DNA of 64,000 bases from Clostridia bacterium (GCA_040767365.1 JAXGOR010000003.1:135826-199825), one strand, 5' to 3'; numbered from the stretch's first letter, positions 27,661-38,152 are shown. Numbers and translations are program-made. The notes: generated by a model from the letters alone, not told the origin.

Positions 27661-28902
27661 GTGAAGATTGAAAAAGTCATTTGTGCCCCGGGACGGACAG
27701 GTTTTTACTTCGATGACCAGGAGGCCATCAAGTCCGGGGCAGAAAGCGATGGGAATTTCTACCTCGGCCCCGCGGTGACCCCGGGCTTTTCCCGGATCAG
27801 GCAGGCGGGCGAGGCCATTTCCCTCATGCTGATCCTGGAGGACGGCCAGCTGGCCTTTGGCGACTGTTGCGCCGTCCAATACTCGGGCGCCGGGGGGCGT
27901 GACCCCCTCTTTCTCGCCTCCGACTTCATGCCCGTCATCAGGCAGGAGCTGGCCCCCCTCCTGGAGGGCCGGGAACTCTCCTCCTTCCGGGCCCTGATGG
28001 AAGCATTTGAATCCCACCGGGACCCGGACGGTCGAAAGCTCCATACGGCCATCCGCTATGGCCTTTCCCAGGCTGTCCTTGATGCTGTCGCCCGGGCCAG
28101 CGGCCGGCTCATGTGTGAGGTGATCGCGGATGAGTACGATACAGGGATCAGCCAGACTCCCATCCCCGTTTTTGCCCAAACGGGCGATGAACGCTATGAC
28201 AACGCCGACAAGATGATCATCAAGCAGGTTGAGGTCCTGCCTCATGGCCTGATCAACAATATGGATAAACTGGGGGTGGGGGGCCAGGCCCTGGCGGATT
28301 ACCTGGGCTGGTTGCGCGACCGGGTGCTCAACTTCCGGCCAAGCGATGACTATACCCCTGTCTTCCACATCGATGTCTACGGTACGATCGGCCTCCTCTT
28401 CGGACCCGGGAATCTGGGGGCCATGGCCGCCTATCTCGAACGGCTGGCGGCAATCGCCGAGCCCTTCAAGCTCCGGATTGAGGGACCACTGGATGCCGGA
28501 TCAAGGGAGGCCCAGATCGAAGGGCTCTCCCGCCTGACCAGGGAAATTGACAGACGGGGGGTGGCCGTGGAGATCGTTGCCGATGAATGGTGCAATACCT
28601 TTGAGGATGTCCGGGCTTTTGCCGATGCAGGGGCCGGCCACATGATCCAGATCAAGACGCCCGACCTGGGCAGCCTTCACATGACGGTCGAGTCGGTCCT
28701 CTACTGTAAGGAAAAGGGCGTCAAGGCCTATCTGGGCGGCACCTGCAATGAGACCTCCCGGTCGGCGGAGATCTGTGTCCATGTGGCCATGGCGACCTGC
28801 CCTGACCAAATCCTGGCCAAGCCCGGCATGGGCGTCGATGAAGGGATTATGATTGCGCATAACGAAATGCGGCGGATCCTGGCGCTGAGGGCGGCGCGCT
28901 GA
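27661..28902 (+). CDS. mal: Methylaspartate ammonia-lyase
   Basis: FYFDDQEAIK, GDCCAVQYSGAGGRDPLF, LPHGLINN, HIDVYGTIG, VADEWCNT, GGTCNET, LAKPGMGVDEG; GTG start 27661. Confidence 0.96.
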   Translation: MKIEKVICAPGRTGFYFDDQEAIKSGAESDGNFYLGPAVTPGFSRIRQAGEAISLMLILEDGQLAFGDCCAVQYSGAGGRDPLFLASDFMPVIRQELAPLLEGRELSSFRALMEAFESHRDPDGRKLHTAIRYGLSQAVLDAVARASGRLMCEVIADEYDTGISQTPIPVFAQTGDERYDNADKMIIKQVEVLPHGLINNMDKLGVGGQALADYLGWLRDRVLNFRPSDDYTPVFHIDVYGTIGLLFGPGNLGAMAAYLERLAAIAEPFKLRIEGPLDAGSREAQIEGLSRLTREIDRRGVAVEIVADEWCNTFEDVRAFADAGAGHMIQIKTPDLGSLHMTVESVLYCKEKGVKAYLGGTCNETSRSAEICVHVAMATCPDQILAKPGMGVDEGIMIAHNEMRRILALRAAR

Positions 28903-28935
28903 TCCCCCGTGGGACGGCTCCCGGGGAGGTAGGAC

Positions 28936-29214
28936 ATGGAATTGAAGAAGAAAGCGCAGGCGGGGACCCTGGAATCAAGTGACCTCCTGGTTCTGGTTGA
29001 ACCATCCGGGAGACTTGAAATCAAGATCGAATCACCCGTGGAAAAACAATTCGGGGAGGCCATCCTGGCCACGGTCCGGGAGGTCCTGGAGGAATATGGC
29101 GTGGAGACCGGCAAAATCCGGCTGGCCGACCAGGGGGCGCTTGACTGCACCATCCGGGCCCGCCTGGCCACGGCCCTGAAGAGGGCCGGCGGGGAAGTGG
29201 GAGGTGGCGTATGA
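28936..29214 (+). CDS. citD: Citrate/citramalate lyase acyl carrier protein
   Basis: AQAGTLESSD (prosthetic-group Ser) and DQGALDCTIRARL. Confidence 0.95.
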   Translation: MELKKKAQAGTLESSDLLVLVEPSGRLEIKIESPVEKQFGEAILATVREVLEEYGVETGKIRLADQGALDCTIRARLATALKRAGGEVGGGV

Positions 29215-30107
29215 GGCGGTCCCTGCTCTTCATTCCAGGCAATCAGCCCAGCATGATCCAAAACGGTATGGTGCTTCCGGCGGATGCCCTGATCTTTGAC
29301 CTGGAGGATTCAGTCCCCCCGGGTGAAAAGGATGCCGCGCGGGACCTGGTCGCCTCCGCGCTCCGGTCCCTGGATTTCGGGCCACGCCAGCGACTTGTGC
29401 GGATCAATGAGCCGGGTTCGGTTTACTGCCGGCAGGATCTGGAGGCTGTCCTGCCGGCCGGGGTCGACAGTCTCCTGATCCCCAAGGTGTCAGGAGGGGA
29501 GATGATCCAGGCCTTTGACTCCCTCCTCCTCGAGCTTGAGGGGGCGTATGGCTTGCTGGCGGGTGGAATTTCCCTGATCGCCCTGATCGAAACGGCTCTG
29601 GGGGTCGAAAAGGCCTATGAGACAGCCCTGGCCTCACCCCGGGTCCAGGCACTGGCCTTGGGGGCCGAGGACCTGGCGGCCGATCTTGGCTGTGAACGGA
29701 CTCCGGAAGGCCTTGAAATCCTCTACAGCCGATCGAGGCTGGTGGTCGCCGCCCGGGCAGCCGATATCGAAGCGATCGACACCCCCTTTACCCAGGTCCA
29801 GGACCTGGAGGGATGCCTGGCGGACGCGCGCCTGGCCCGGAGCCTGGGTTTTACCGGAAAACTCAGTATCTCCCCCCATCACCTGGACCCGATCCATCAG
29901 GCCTATACCCCAAGCCGGGAGGAGCTGGCCTATGCCCTTGAGGTCAGGGAGGTCATGGCGAGGGAAGCCGGATCCGGGAAGGGGGCTGTCTCCCTTCGCG
30001 GCAAGATGATTGATCCGCCGGTTCTCAAGCAGGCGGACCGTATCATCGCCTGGGCGAAAGCGGCAGGCCTGGCCCTTGATAGGGAGGAGGGAGGGAAGCT
30101 TGATTAA
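29211..30107 (+). CDS. citE: Citrate/citramalate lyase beta subunit (acyl lyase)
   Basis: RRSLLFIPGN, IFDLEDSV, LIETALG, LGAEDL, AIDTPF, GFTGK and GKMIDPP. Confidence 0.93.
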   Translation: MRRSLLFIPGNQPSMIQNGMVLPADALIFDLEDSVPPGEKDAARDLVASALRSLDFGPRQRLVRINEPGSVYCRQDLEAVLPAGVDSLLIPKVSGGEMIQAFDSLLLELEGAYGLLAGGISLIALIETALGVEKAYETALASPRVQALALGAEDLAADLGCERTPEGLEILYSRSRLVVAARAADIEAIDTPFTQVQDLEGCLADARLARSLGFTGKLSISPHHLDPIHQAYTPSREELAYALEVREVMAREAGSGKGAVSLRGKMIDPPVLKQADRIIAWAKAAGLALDREEGGKLD

Positions 30108-31512
30108 GGATGATAAAGTCGTCCCCAGCCTGGAGGAGGCCATAAGGCAGTCGGGGCTGGCCCCGGGTATGACCCTGTCCTTCCACCATCATCTCCGGGA
30201 GGGTGACAGGGTGCTGAACCTGGTCCTCGCCGCCTGCAAGCGATTGGGGCTCAAGGATTTGACAGTCAATGCCTCCGCCCTCATGGCCTGCCACCGGCCG
30301 GTCCTTGACTTCATCCGTCAAGGTACGGTAGGCGGCCTGGAGTGTGACTACATGCAGGCTTCCGTCGGCCAGGCCATTTCCCGGGGCCTGCTTGACCGGC
30401 CGGTGATCTTTCGCAGCCACGGCGGCCGGCCGGCGGCGCTCCAAAGAGGGGAGGCCTCCATCCAGGTCGCCTTCATCGCGGCCTCAGCCGCCGACCGGGA
30501 GGGCAACTGCAATGGGCAGGAGGGGCCGGCGGCCTTCGGTTCCATTGGCTATGCCATGCCCGATGCCGACTATGCCGACCATGTAGTGGTTGTAACCGAC
30601 CACCTGCTTCCCACCCCGCTTGAACAGGCCTCCATTCTTGGGGACAAGGTGGACGCGGTCGTCCTCGTCGATTCCATCGGTGATCCGTCCAGGATCATGT
30701 CGGGTACGACCCGGGTGACCCGTGACCCCATCGGCCTGCTCATCGCCCGTTACGCGGCGGAGGCCCTGGTCGCCTCAGGCCTTGTCAAGGAGGGCTTCTC
30801 CTTCCAGACGGGGGCGGGGGGCATCTCCCTGGCGGTGGCCGGGTACCTGGGGGAGATCATGCGGGAAAGGGGGATCAGGGGGAGTTTCGCCTCGGGCGGG
30901 ATCACGGGCCTCCTGGTTGATCTTTTCCAGGAGGGTCTCTTCGGGGAACTTCTCGACGTCCAGTGTTTTGACCGGGACGCCGTCCGGTCCATCCAGGAGA
31001 ACGAGAGACACCGGGAAATCAGCGCCTCCACCTACGCGAGCCCGGCAGTCAAGGATGCCGTGGTCGACCGGCTGGATACCGTGATCCTCGGTGCCACCGA
31101 AATCGACACGGCCTTCAATGTCAATGTCCATACCGATTCAAACGGCCTGATCATGGGCGGCTCCGGCGGGCATAGCGATACGGCGGCCGGGGCGAAACTG
31201 GCGGTCATCGTGGCCCCCCTCATGCGGGCCAGGCTGCCCCTGATCGTCGACCGGGTCAGGACCCTGTCGACACCCGGAAAGACCATCGAATTGCTGGTCA
31301 CCCAGTTCGGCCTGGCCTGCAACCCCGGAAGCGGAAACCTGAGGGCAAGGCTGGAAGAGGCAGGCCTGCCCGTCTTCTCCATCCAGGAACTCAAGGCCAA
31401 AGCCGAATCGATCACGGGGGTGCCTGTCCGGGCTGTATCCCGGGGCCGGCCGGTCGGGGAGGTCATGGGCCGGGACGGCGACCTGCTCGACCTGATAGTG
31501 GCCGTGGAATGA
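30100..31512 (+). CDS. citF: Citrate/citramalate lyase alpha subunit (ACP transferase)
   Basis: SFHHHLREGD, RSHGGR, FSFQTGAGG, ILGATEID and GGSGGHSD; TTG start 30100. Confidence 0.94.
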   Translation: MIKDDKVVPSLEEAIRQSGLAPGMTLSFHHHLREGDRVLNLVLAACKRLGLKDLTVNASALMACHRPVLDFIRQGTVGGLECDYMQASVGQAISRGLLDRPVIFRSHGGRPAALQRGEASIQVAFIAASAADREGNCNGQEGPAAFGSIGYAMPDADYADHVVVVTDHLLPTPLEQASILGDKVDAVVLVDSIGDPSRIMSGTTRVTRDPIGLLIARYAAEALVASGLVKEGFSFQTGAGGISLAVAGYLGEIMRERGIRGSFASGGITGLLVDLFQEGLFGELLDVQCFDRDAVRSIQENERHREISASTYASPAVKDAVVDRLDTVILGATEIDTAFNVNVHTDSNGLIMGGSGGHSDTAAGAKLAVIVAPLMRARLPLIVDRVRTLSTPGKTIELLVTQFGLACNPGSGNLRARLEEAGLPVFSIQELKAKAESITGVPVRAVSRGRPVGEVMGRDGDLLDLIVAVE

Positions 31513-31538
31513 AAAACCGCCGGTGCTACCGGCGGCTT
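31512..31538 (-). terminator. Hairpin between convergent citF and SDR genes
   Basis: CCGCCGG-TGCTA-CCGGCGG with an A5 tract on the left (U-tract for the minus strand). Confidence 0.6.
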
Positions 31539-31560
31539 GGGGGAAGAGGGGGGGGTGCCG

Positions 31561-32619
31561 CTAGGATTTCGCCAGGCCATAGCGGAGGGATACCTCCGTT
31601 TTAAAGCGCTTCTGCTCGATCATGAACTGCAGGGTGTTCCGGATGGTCTCCGAAAGCGGGCGGACCGTGTAGCCGAGTTCAGCCCGGGCCTTCTCATGGG
31701 AGAAACGGTGCGGGGAACTCATGGTGAAGAGGGAATAGCGGGTGAGGACAGGGATTTTCCCTGTTTTTTTGGACCACCATTCCGAAAAGGGGGCCGCCAG
31801 CTTGGCCAACCAGAGTGGGGCCGTGCCTTTGAATCTTTTCCGGCCCGTCATCTCCGCCGCCTCATTCATGATCTCCAGCACACTGACATTGTGGCCGGTG
31901 AGATTGTAGCTTTGGCCTGTCCGGCCCGTCAGGGCGGCGGCGATCAGCCCGTCGGCCACATCATTGACGTCAACGAAGTTGTAGCTTCCCTGGATCATGG
32001 CGGGTAGTTTCCGGTCGACGAGTTTTTCGAAGAGCCGAGTGAAGTTGCCATCCAGGTAATCATTGGGTCCCAGGATGCCGGATGGCTGGACAATCACGGT
32101 GTCAAGACCCCTGCGGGCGGCATCGAGGACCAGCTGGGAGGCTTGGGCCTTGGACTTGGCGTAGTCGCCGTAGACCTGTTGGGGGTCGTAATGGTCGATC
32201 TCCACGATCTCCTGGTCGAAGTCTTCGGGCAGGGGGAGGGTGTGGATGGTTCCGCAGTATAAAAAGCGCTTGGCCTTATATTTCTCCGCCGCTTCCAGCA
32301 TATGGCGGGTTCCCCCGACATTGATATTGTAAACCCGGGGTCCGGCCTGGGCGTAGATGGTGATCAGGCTGGCCAGGTGGAGCACATAGATCTCTTTATC
32401 GTCCAAGCCCAGGAAGAGCGGCTCCAGGCTGGCCGGGTCCGTGACATCACCTGAGACGACTTCCGCCTTCAGGCCCTCCAGTGCCTTGGGACGCTCCTTC
32501 TCCAATATGAAGGCGCGGACGGCTTCGCCCCGGGTCAGTAATTTCCGGATGACCGTGTTCCCCAGGTGACCTGAAGCCCCGGTTACCAGCCAGATTCTTT
32601 CCTTGTTATTTGTCATCAT
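31561..32619 (-). CDS. Extended SDR / NAD-dependent epimerase-dehydratase family protein
   Basis: LVTGASGHLG, HLAS, NVGGT, YAKSK (YxxxK), VQPSGILGP. Confidence 0.9.
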   Translation of the reverse strand: MMTNNKERIWLVTGASGHLGNTVIRKLLTRGEAVRAFILEKERPKALEGLKAEVVSGDVTDPASLEPLFLGLDDKEIYVLHLASLITIYAQAGPRVYNINVGGTRHMLEAAEKYKAKRFLYCGTIHTLPLPEDFDQEIVEIDHYDPQQVYGDYAKSKAQASQLVLDAARRGLDTVIVQPSGILGPNDYLDGNFTRLFEKLVDRKLPAMIQGSYNFVDVNDVADGLIAAALTGRTGQSYNLTGHNVSVLEIMNEAAEMTGRKRFKGTAPLWLAKLAAPFSEWWSKKTGKIPVLTRYSLFTMSSPHRFSHEKARAELGYTVRPLSETIRNTLQFMIEQKRFKTEVSLRYGLAKS

Positions 32620-32756
32620 TCTTTCTCCGAGGCCGGCAAGATCGGGTAAAGGCCGGCGGGCATCCCCTCGAGCTTCATGTTAACAAAATAAGGCAAAAAG
32701 ATTTCTTCCTGCCTGTGAAAACTTTTAAACGACACTGTGTCATTTTAATCCTTCCA

Positions 32757-35498
32757 TCAGAGCCAGACCCGGTAGCGTCTGATGAAGAAATATTTGGCGA
32801 CCGATACCAGGACCATGTAGCCAGTGACCACCAGGCCCAGGAAGATAAAGAAGGGCCAGGTCAGCGGAGCCAGATTGAGGAGGCCGGCCAGGGGGGAGAA
32901 GGGGAGGGCGGTCAGGGTCGCGATGCCGAGGAAGGTCAGCAGCATGACGGGCAGGGAGGCGCGCGATTCGATGAAGGGGATCTTGGCAGTCCGGATCATG
33001 TGGATGACCAGGGTCTGGGTCCACATGGAGATGACCATCCAGCCTGCCTGGAAGAAGGCGATGAAGAAGGCGATCTGGGCCGGATCTGTCAGCTGGCTGA
33101 AGGGGGCGCCGACCAGGGCGGGCCCTATCAGGAAGTAGAGGACGACATAGGCCAGGATATCGAAAACAGAGGAGGTGGGGCCGATCCAAACCATGAAACG
33201 GCTGATGGAGGCCGCGTCCCAGGTCCTCGGCACCTTCAGGTAATCCAGGTCCACATTGTCCCAGGGGAGCGAAGCGCAGGAGATATCGTAGATCAGGTTC
33301 AGGATCAGGATCTGGATGGCCGTCATGGGCAGGAAGGGGAGGAAGGCGGCGGCGATCAGCATGGAGAAGACGTTCCCGAAGTTGGAGGAGGCCGTCATCT
33401 TGATGTACTTGATCATGTTGGCGTAGGTCCGCCTGCCCTCGATGATGCCCTGCTCCAGTACCATGAGATCTTTTTCCAGCAGGATGACATGGGAGGATTC
33501 CTTGGCGATGTCGACGCCGGTGTCAACCGAGATGCCGACATCGGCATCCTGCAGGGCGGTCACGTCATTGATGCCGTCCCCCATATAGCCGACACTGTGG
33601 CCATTTTGGCGGAGGAGCTTGACAATACGCGATTTCTGGAGGGGGGACAGGCGGGCCAGGACCGTGGTGCTCTCAGCCGCCCGGGTCAGTTCCCCGTCAT
33701 CCATGGCCTCTATGTCATCGCCCGTCAGGATATGCTCAACGTCCAGGCCCACCATCTGGCAGATGGCGCGGGAGACCTTCTCGTTGTCCCCGGTCAGGAC
33801 CTTGACCTCCACCCCGTGATCATGGAGGGCGGCGATGGCGGCTTTCGTCGACAGCTTGGGTGGGTCCAGGAAGGCCAGATAGCCGATCAGGACCATATCG
33901 GTCTCATCCGTCACGCTGAACATGCCCACCGGCGAGGGGTTGGTCTTCTGGGCGATCAGGAGGACCCGCAAGCCCTTTTCGTTGTACTCATCCACATCCT
34001 CCCGGACACGATGGATGACCTCTTCGTCGAGCGGCACCACCCGGGCGTCATCAATCTGGGCGTAGGCGCAGACGGCCAGCATCTCCTCCAGCGCCCCCTT
34101 GGTTATCATCTGGGTCTTGCCTGCCCTGTCCCTGACCACTACGCTCATACGGCGGCGTTCAAAGTCAAAGGGGATCTCATCGACTTTCTCGTAGCGTTCC
34201 TGAAGCCGCTCAAGCCCGTCCCCGGCCTTGTCCTCCTCCTCATGGGTCTTCTCAACAATGGCTTCATCCATGAGATTCCGGAGGCCCGTCTGGAAATAGG
34301 AATTCAGATAGGCATGCCTCAGGACACGTGGATTTTCCTTGCCGGCCAGGTCCAGATGGTACTCGAGGGCGACCCGGTCCTGGGTAATGGTGCCTGTCTT
34401 GTCCGTGCAGAGGATATCAATGGAGCCCAGGTTCTGGATGGCGTTCAGGTTCTTGATGATGACCTTCTGCTTGGACATATGGACGGCGCCCTTGGCCAGG
34501 CTGGCAGTCACGATCATGGGGAGCATCTCGGGGGTGAGGCCGACCGCCAGGGAGATGGCGAGGAGCCCTGCCTGGAGCCAGTTGCCCTTGGTCAGACCTG
34601 AGATGAGGAAGACAACGGGGACCATGACCAGCATGAAGCGGATGAGGACCGCCGAGACGTGGTTGACCCCCCGCTCAAAGGAGGTGGGCTCCGGTTTTTC
34701 CTTCAGGCTCTTGGCAATCTGTCCGAAGACCGTGTCCTGGCCTGTCGCCAGAACGATACCGGTCCCGCTGCCGGAGATGACGTTGGTCCCCATGAAGGCC
34801 AGGTTGGGGTAGTCGAGGACATGGTTGGAATCAAGGTCGGAGGCCTCGGCGTATTTCTCGGCATGGGCCGATTCGCCGGTCAGGGTGCTTTCGCTCAGGA
34901 AGAGGTCCTTGGCGGCCAGGATCCTCATATCGGCCGGTATCATATCGCCGGCGGCCAGCTGGACGATATCCCCGACCACGGCCTCCTCCATGACCCGCTC
35001 CCTTTCGCCGTCCTCCTGGCGGACGATGGCGGTCGTGTTGACGATCATGTTGGTCAATTTCTCCGCGGCGTTACCGGACCGGGTCTCCTGGATGAAGCGG
35101 AGGGCTCCTGATACCAGGACCATGGCGCTGATGAGCAGGACCGTGATGTAGCTCCTGTCCTCCGGGGCGGCGAAGGCGATATCGGTCAGGACCGAGATCG
35201 CGGCCAGGACGATCAGGATCAGGGTGAAAGGATTGATGAAGGCATTGAAGAGGCGCTCGAGGAAGGTGACTTTGTGGCCGTGGATGACGACATTGTCTCC
35301 ATAGAGGCTACGGCTTTTGATGACCTCACTTTCCCCCAGGCCCGTCAGCCGGCTATCGATTGCCTCCAATACCCCCTCAGGACCCAGGTGGGCACAGTCC
35401 AGCAGTCTTTTCTGGACGACGGCGGGTATCTCAGCGGGCCGGTTCAAGGCTGTCCGCGTCAGTTCTTCCTTTGTCCTGGCGTGTGATTCTTCTGCCAT
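32757..35498 (-). CDS. mgtA: Magnesium-translocating P-type ATPase
   Basis: [24 protein letters not shown]-like [58 protein letters not shown]. Confidence 0.95.
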   Translation of the reverse strand: MAEESHARTKEELTRTALNRPAEIPAVVQKRLLDCAHLGPEGVLEAIDSRLTGLGESEVIKSRSLYGDNVVIHGHKVTFLERLFNAFINPFTLILIVLAAISVLTDIAFAAPEDRSYITVLLISAMVLVSGALRFIQETRSGNAAEKLTNMIVNTTAIVRQEDGERERVMEEAVVGDIVQLAAGDMIPADMRILAAKDLFLSESTLTGESAHAEKYAEASDLDSNHVLDYPNLAFMGTNVISGSGTGIVLATGQDTVFGQIAKSLKEKPEPTSFERGVNHVSAVLIRFMLVMVPVVFLISGLTKGNWLQAGLLAISLAVGLTPEMLPMIVTASLAKGAVHMSKQKVIIKNLNAIQNLGSIDILCTDKTGTITQDRVALEYHLDLAGKENPRVLRHAYLNSYFQTGLRNLMDEAIVEKTHEEEDKAGDGLERLQERYEKVDEIPFDFERRRMSVVVRDRAGKTQMITKGALEEMLAVCAYAQIDDARVVPLDEEVIHRVREDVDEYNEKGLRVLLIAQKTNPSPVGMFSVTDETDMVLIGYLAFLDPPKLSTKAAIAALHDHGVEVKVLTGDNEKVSRAICQMVGLDVEHILTGDDIEAMDDGELTRAAESTTVLARLSPLQKSRIVKLLRQNGHSVGYMGDGINDVTALQDADVGISVDTGVDIAKESSHVILLEKDLMVLEQGIIEGRRTYANMIKYIKMTASSNFGNVFSMLIAAAFLPFLPMTAIQILILNLIYDISCASLPWDNVDLDYLKVPRTWDAASISRFMVWIGPTSSVFDILAYVVLYFLIGPALVGAPFSQLTDPAQIAFFIAFFQAGWMVISMWTQTLVIHMIRTAKIPFIESRASLPVMLLTFLGIATLTALPFSPLAGLLNLAPLTWPFFIFLGLVVTGYMVLVSVAKYFFIRRYRVWL

Positions 35499-35647
35499 CC
35501 ATTCGCTCCGATCATTTGTTGAATTTCATTGTACGGGAATCCGGCAGGCCCCGCAAAAACCTGGCAGGCGGGGCCTGATTGTGAGACAATGCGGTCAGGG
35601 CTTCAATAAGAAGAGGCCCGCGCGGAGGCTGTCCCGCCAGAAGGAGT

Positions 35648-36610
35648 TTGGCCATGTCCTATTCAGACCGAATGCAGCGTAACCATCTCTACAGTGTGCT
35701 CCTATCCCCCCGCGGGGCCCCCCGCATGGTTGACCAGGGCAGGCAGATCTCCCAGCAGTTCCTTTCGCCCTTTGATTCACTCATCGGCCTGATCGGCGAC
35801 AGTGGATCGGGCAAGAGCATCCTCTTGAAGGGGATGTTCCCCGGCCTTGAACTGACCAATGATGACGAGGGGGTCAACGTCCGGCCCCTGCCGCTCATGC
35901 ACCTGGATGACACGGGTTTTTTCACCCCCCATACCTACCATGTCGACATCCGTTTCGAACTGGCCTTCCACCAGGCCCACGAGCTTGCCCAGGCCATCCG
36001 CCAGGCCCTGGACCAGGGCAAGCGCGTCATTGTCGAGCATTTCGACCTGATCTATGACCAGCTGGGTATGAACGCCCATCTCCTGATCGGGATCGGCGAG
36101 GAGATCATCGTGACGCGTCCTTCCGTCTTCGGTCCTGAGCCCACCGATGTCAAGGACGTGGTCTTCAGCTCCATCAACAACCGACGCATGGCCCATACGG
36201 CCGAGGACCTGGTCGAGCATTGCCTGATCGACCGCCGGGTCTATCACTTTGAACACTTCGATGTCAGGTCAGGCTTCATCCTCTCCTTCCATGACCGGCC
36301 GGAGCTGGATCTTAGGGAGCTGGAGCAGGATGTCAAGGAGCTGATCGAACGTGATCTGCCCATCTCCTACCACGACGCGACCCATGTCCTGATCGGTGAC
36401 CAGCGCCACTACTGTACCGGACCCCGCATGCATGTCAAATCGACGGGCATGATCAAGGACTTCCAGCTCTACCAGGAGTTCCTGACCCATCCGATCACCA
36501 AGGATTCACAGATATTGGGCCTGGTCAACATCCCGTCCGATTACAGGCTGTCCGACCTGAATTCGCTTCGGCTCATGACCTTCCCCGTTCCCGAGAATCT
36601 CGAAGTCTAG
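35648..36610 (+). CDS. Uncharacterised P-loop protein with C-terminal tRNA-synthetase SAD/editing-like domain
   Basis: LIGLIGDSGSGKS (Walker A), RVIVEHFD (Walker-B-like), then HTAED and HYCTGPRMHVKSTG resembling the HxxxH/CxGxH motifs of ThrRS/AlaX editing domains. Confidence 0.75.
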   Translation: MAMSYSDRMQRNHLYSVLLSPRGAPRMVDQGRQISQQFLSPFDSLIGLIGDSGSGKSILLKGMFPGLELTNDDEGVNVRPLPLMHLDDTGFFTPHTYHVDIRFELAFHQAHELAQAIRQALDQGKRVIVEHFDLIYDQLGMNAHLLIGIGEEIIVTRPSVFGPEPTDVKDVVFSSINNRRMAHTAEDLVEHCLIDRRVYHFEHFDVRSGFILSFHDRPELDLRELEQDVKELIERDLPISYHDATHVLIGDQRHYCTGPRMHVKSTGMIKDFQLYQEFLTHPITKDSQILGLVNIPSDYRLSDLNSLRLMTFPVPENLEV

Positions 36611-36624
36611 CGAAGGGGGCCGCC

Positions 36625-38061
36625 ATGCGACCGCTCCTTGACTATGCCGCCATAGTCAGCCAACCCGTAGGCCTGGAGGAAGTTCTCGCCAGCCGTGATT
36701 CCCGCGCCCAGCGGCAGAAGGTCCTGAGGGAGAAGACCGGCTGTCCGGTCATTACCCTGTCGCTCAATCTCCCGGGGGCCATTAAGCGGACCCCCCTGTC
36801 CAGCTTTTTTTTCGATCGGGAGCTGGCTTGGCTGAAACTGATCCTGGGCCGACTGGGAGCCCTCCTTGAAGCCGAATGGATAGGGCAGGGGGTAGGGGGG
36901 GATGAGGCGGTCCTTGCCGTTAGCGGTCTTCCGGCGGAAGCCTTGAAATCCTTGACCTTGGAGCAGGAGCTGCGAAAAGAGGCCTCCCGGCTCCTTGACC
37001 TGGATGTCCAGGACCAGGCCGGGCGGCCCCTGAAAAGGGTCGGAAGAGGCCTGGCCCCCAGGACCTGCCTCCTCTGTGATCAACCCGCTGTCGTCTGTTC
37101 ATCCAGGCGTGCCCATCCGCTTGAACAGCTCACCAGGAAGGTCAATGACCTGCTTGCCGCCTACGCGGCAGGGATCTTGGCGGATGAGGTCGCCGGCCTG
37201 GCCGCGGAGGCTTCCGCCTTCGAGCTCATGGTTGCCCCCAAGCCCGGCCTGGTCACCTGTCGTGATTCCGGTTCCCATGATGACATGGACCGGTTTACCT
37301 TCATCCGCAGCCAGGCCTCACTCATTAAATACTACCGTCAGTCCTTCCTGCTCGGCTGGGAGCCGGGACCCGGTCTGGAGGAAAAAGCGGTCCGGCTCCG
37401 CCATCTGGGCCTGGAGGCGGAGGGGACCATGGAGGAGGCGACGGGCGGCGTCAATACCCATCGGGGTTGGATCTACAGCTCAGGCATCCTGCTCCTGGCG
37501 GTGGGGGAATACCTGGCCGGGGTCTTTACTCCACCCGGACCGGGGAACCTGTTTGATTTTCTGGCCTCCCGGACAGCAGGGATAGCCCGGTCGCTTGAAG
37601 AGACGGTCCTGGGGACCCCTCATTTCTACCTGCTGTCCCGGCGCTTGAATGCCTCCCCCTGTCCGGCCGGCGTCCGGGAAGAGGCCCTGGGGGGATTTCC
37701 CTCCCTCTTTGATCTGGGCCTCCCTGTCCTGCGCCGGGCCCTGGAGGCCGGTGATGACGAAAACACGGCGGGCCAGAGGACCCTCCTGGCCCTCCTGGCC
37801 AGGGTTTCCGACAGCACCCTGCAGAAAAGGGCTGGCGAGGAGGGGGCGGAGGCCATCAGGGAATTGGTCGTGGAGAGGCTGGGATCGGATCAGCTTGTGG
37901 AGGCGGCTTCCGGTCTGCCGGCCGCCGGGCTTGGTCACTTGATGGAGGAGCTGTCCGAGCGCTTTACCCGGGAAGGATTGAGCTGTGGTGGCGTCGCGGA
38001 CCTGCTCGCCGCCAGCCGATTTATGGAGCGCCTTGGCAGGTTGCTTGTTACGGATCTGTAA
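36625..38061 (+). CDS. citXG: Fused holo-ACP synthase CitX / triphosphoribosyl-dephospho-CoA synthase CitG
   Basis: CitX half: LEEVLASRDSRA, SLNLPG, RLLDLDV, RTCLLC. CitG half: PKPGLVT, GSHDDMD, TGGVNTHRG, GVREEA, SCGGVADLLA. Confidence 0.92.
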   Translation: MRPLLDYAAIVSQPVGLEEVLASRDSRAQRQKVLREKTGCPVITLSLNLPGAIKRTPLSSFFFDRELAWLKLILGRLGALLEAEWIGQGVGGDEAVLAVSGLPAEALKSLTLEQELRKEASRLLDLDVQDQAGRPLKRVGRGLAPRTCLLCDQPAVVCSSRRAHPLEQLTRKVNDLLAAYAAGILADEVAGLAAEASAFELMVAPKPGLVTCRDSGSHDDMDRFTFIRSQASLIKYYRQSFLLGWEPGPGLEEKAVRLRHLGLEAEGTMEEATGGVNTHRGWIYSSGILLLAVGEYLAGVFTPPGPGNLFDFLASRTAGIARSLEETVLGTPHFYLLSRRLNASPCPAGVREEALGGFPSLFDLGLPVLRRALEAGDDENTAGQRTLLALLARVSDSTLQKRAGEEGAEAIRELVVERLGSDQLVEAASGLPAAGLGHLMEELSERFTREGLSCGGVADLLAASRFMERLGRLLVTDL

Positions 38062-38072
38062 CAGAAATTGCG

Positions 38073-38101
38073 TTGAACCCCCGGGAAGCCGGTGCTATAA
38101 T
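38073..38101 (+). promoter_or_regulatory. Sigma-A promoter with extended -10
   Basis: TTGAAC-N17-TATAAT, with TGn immediately before the -10. Confidence 0.7.
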
Positions 38102-38152
38102 GTCGGAAAGCCGGACTTGGGTCGGGCGCGTTCAGGTATGGGAAGGTAATCA

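Noticed and set aside
35499-35647. M-box (ykoK) riboswitch or mgtL-type leader for mgtA
   Set aside because: The region is only ~150 bp and shared with a divergent gene. It shows one 10-bp inverted repeat (35545-35577) and no M-box core that I could recognise.
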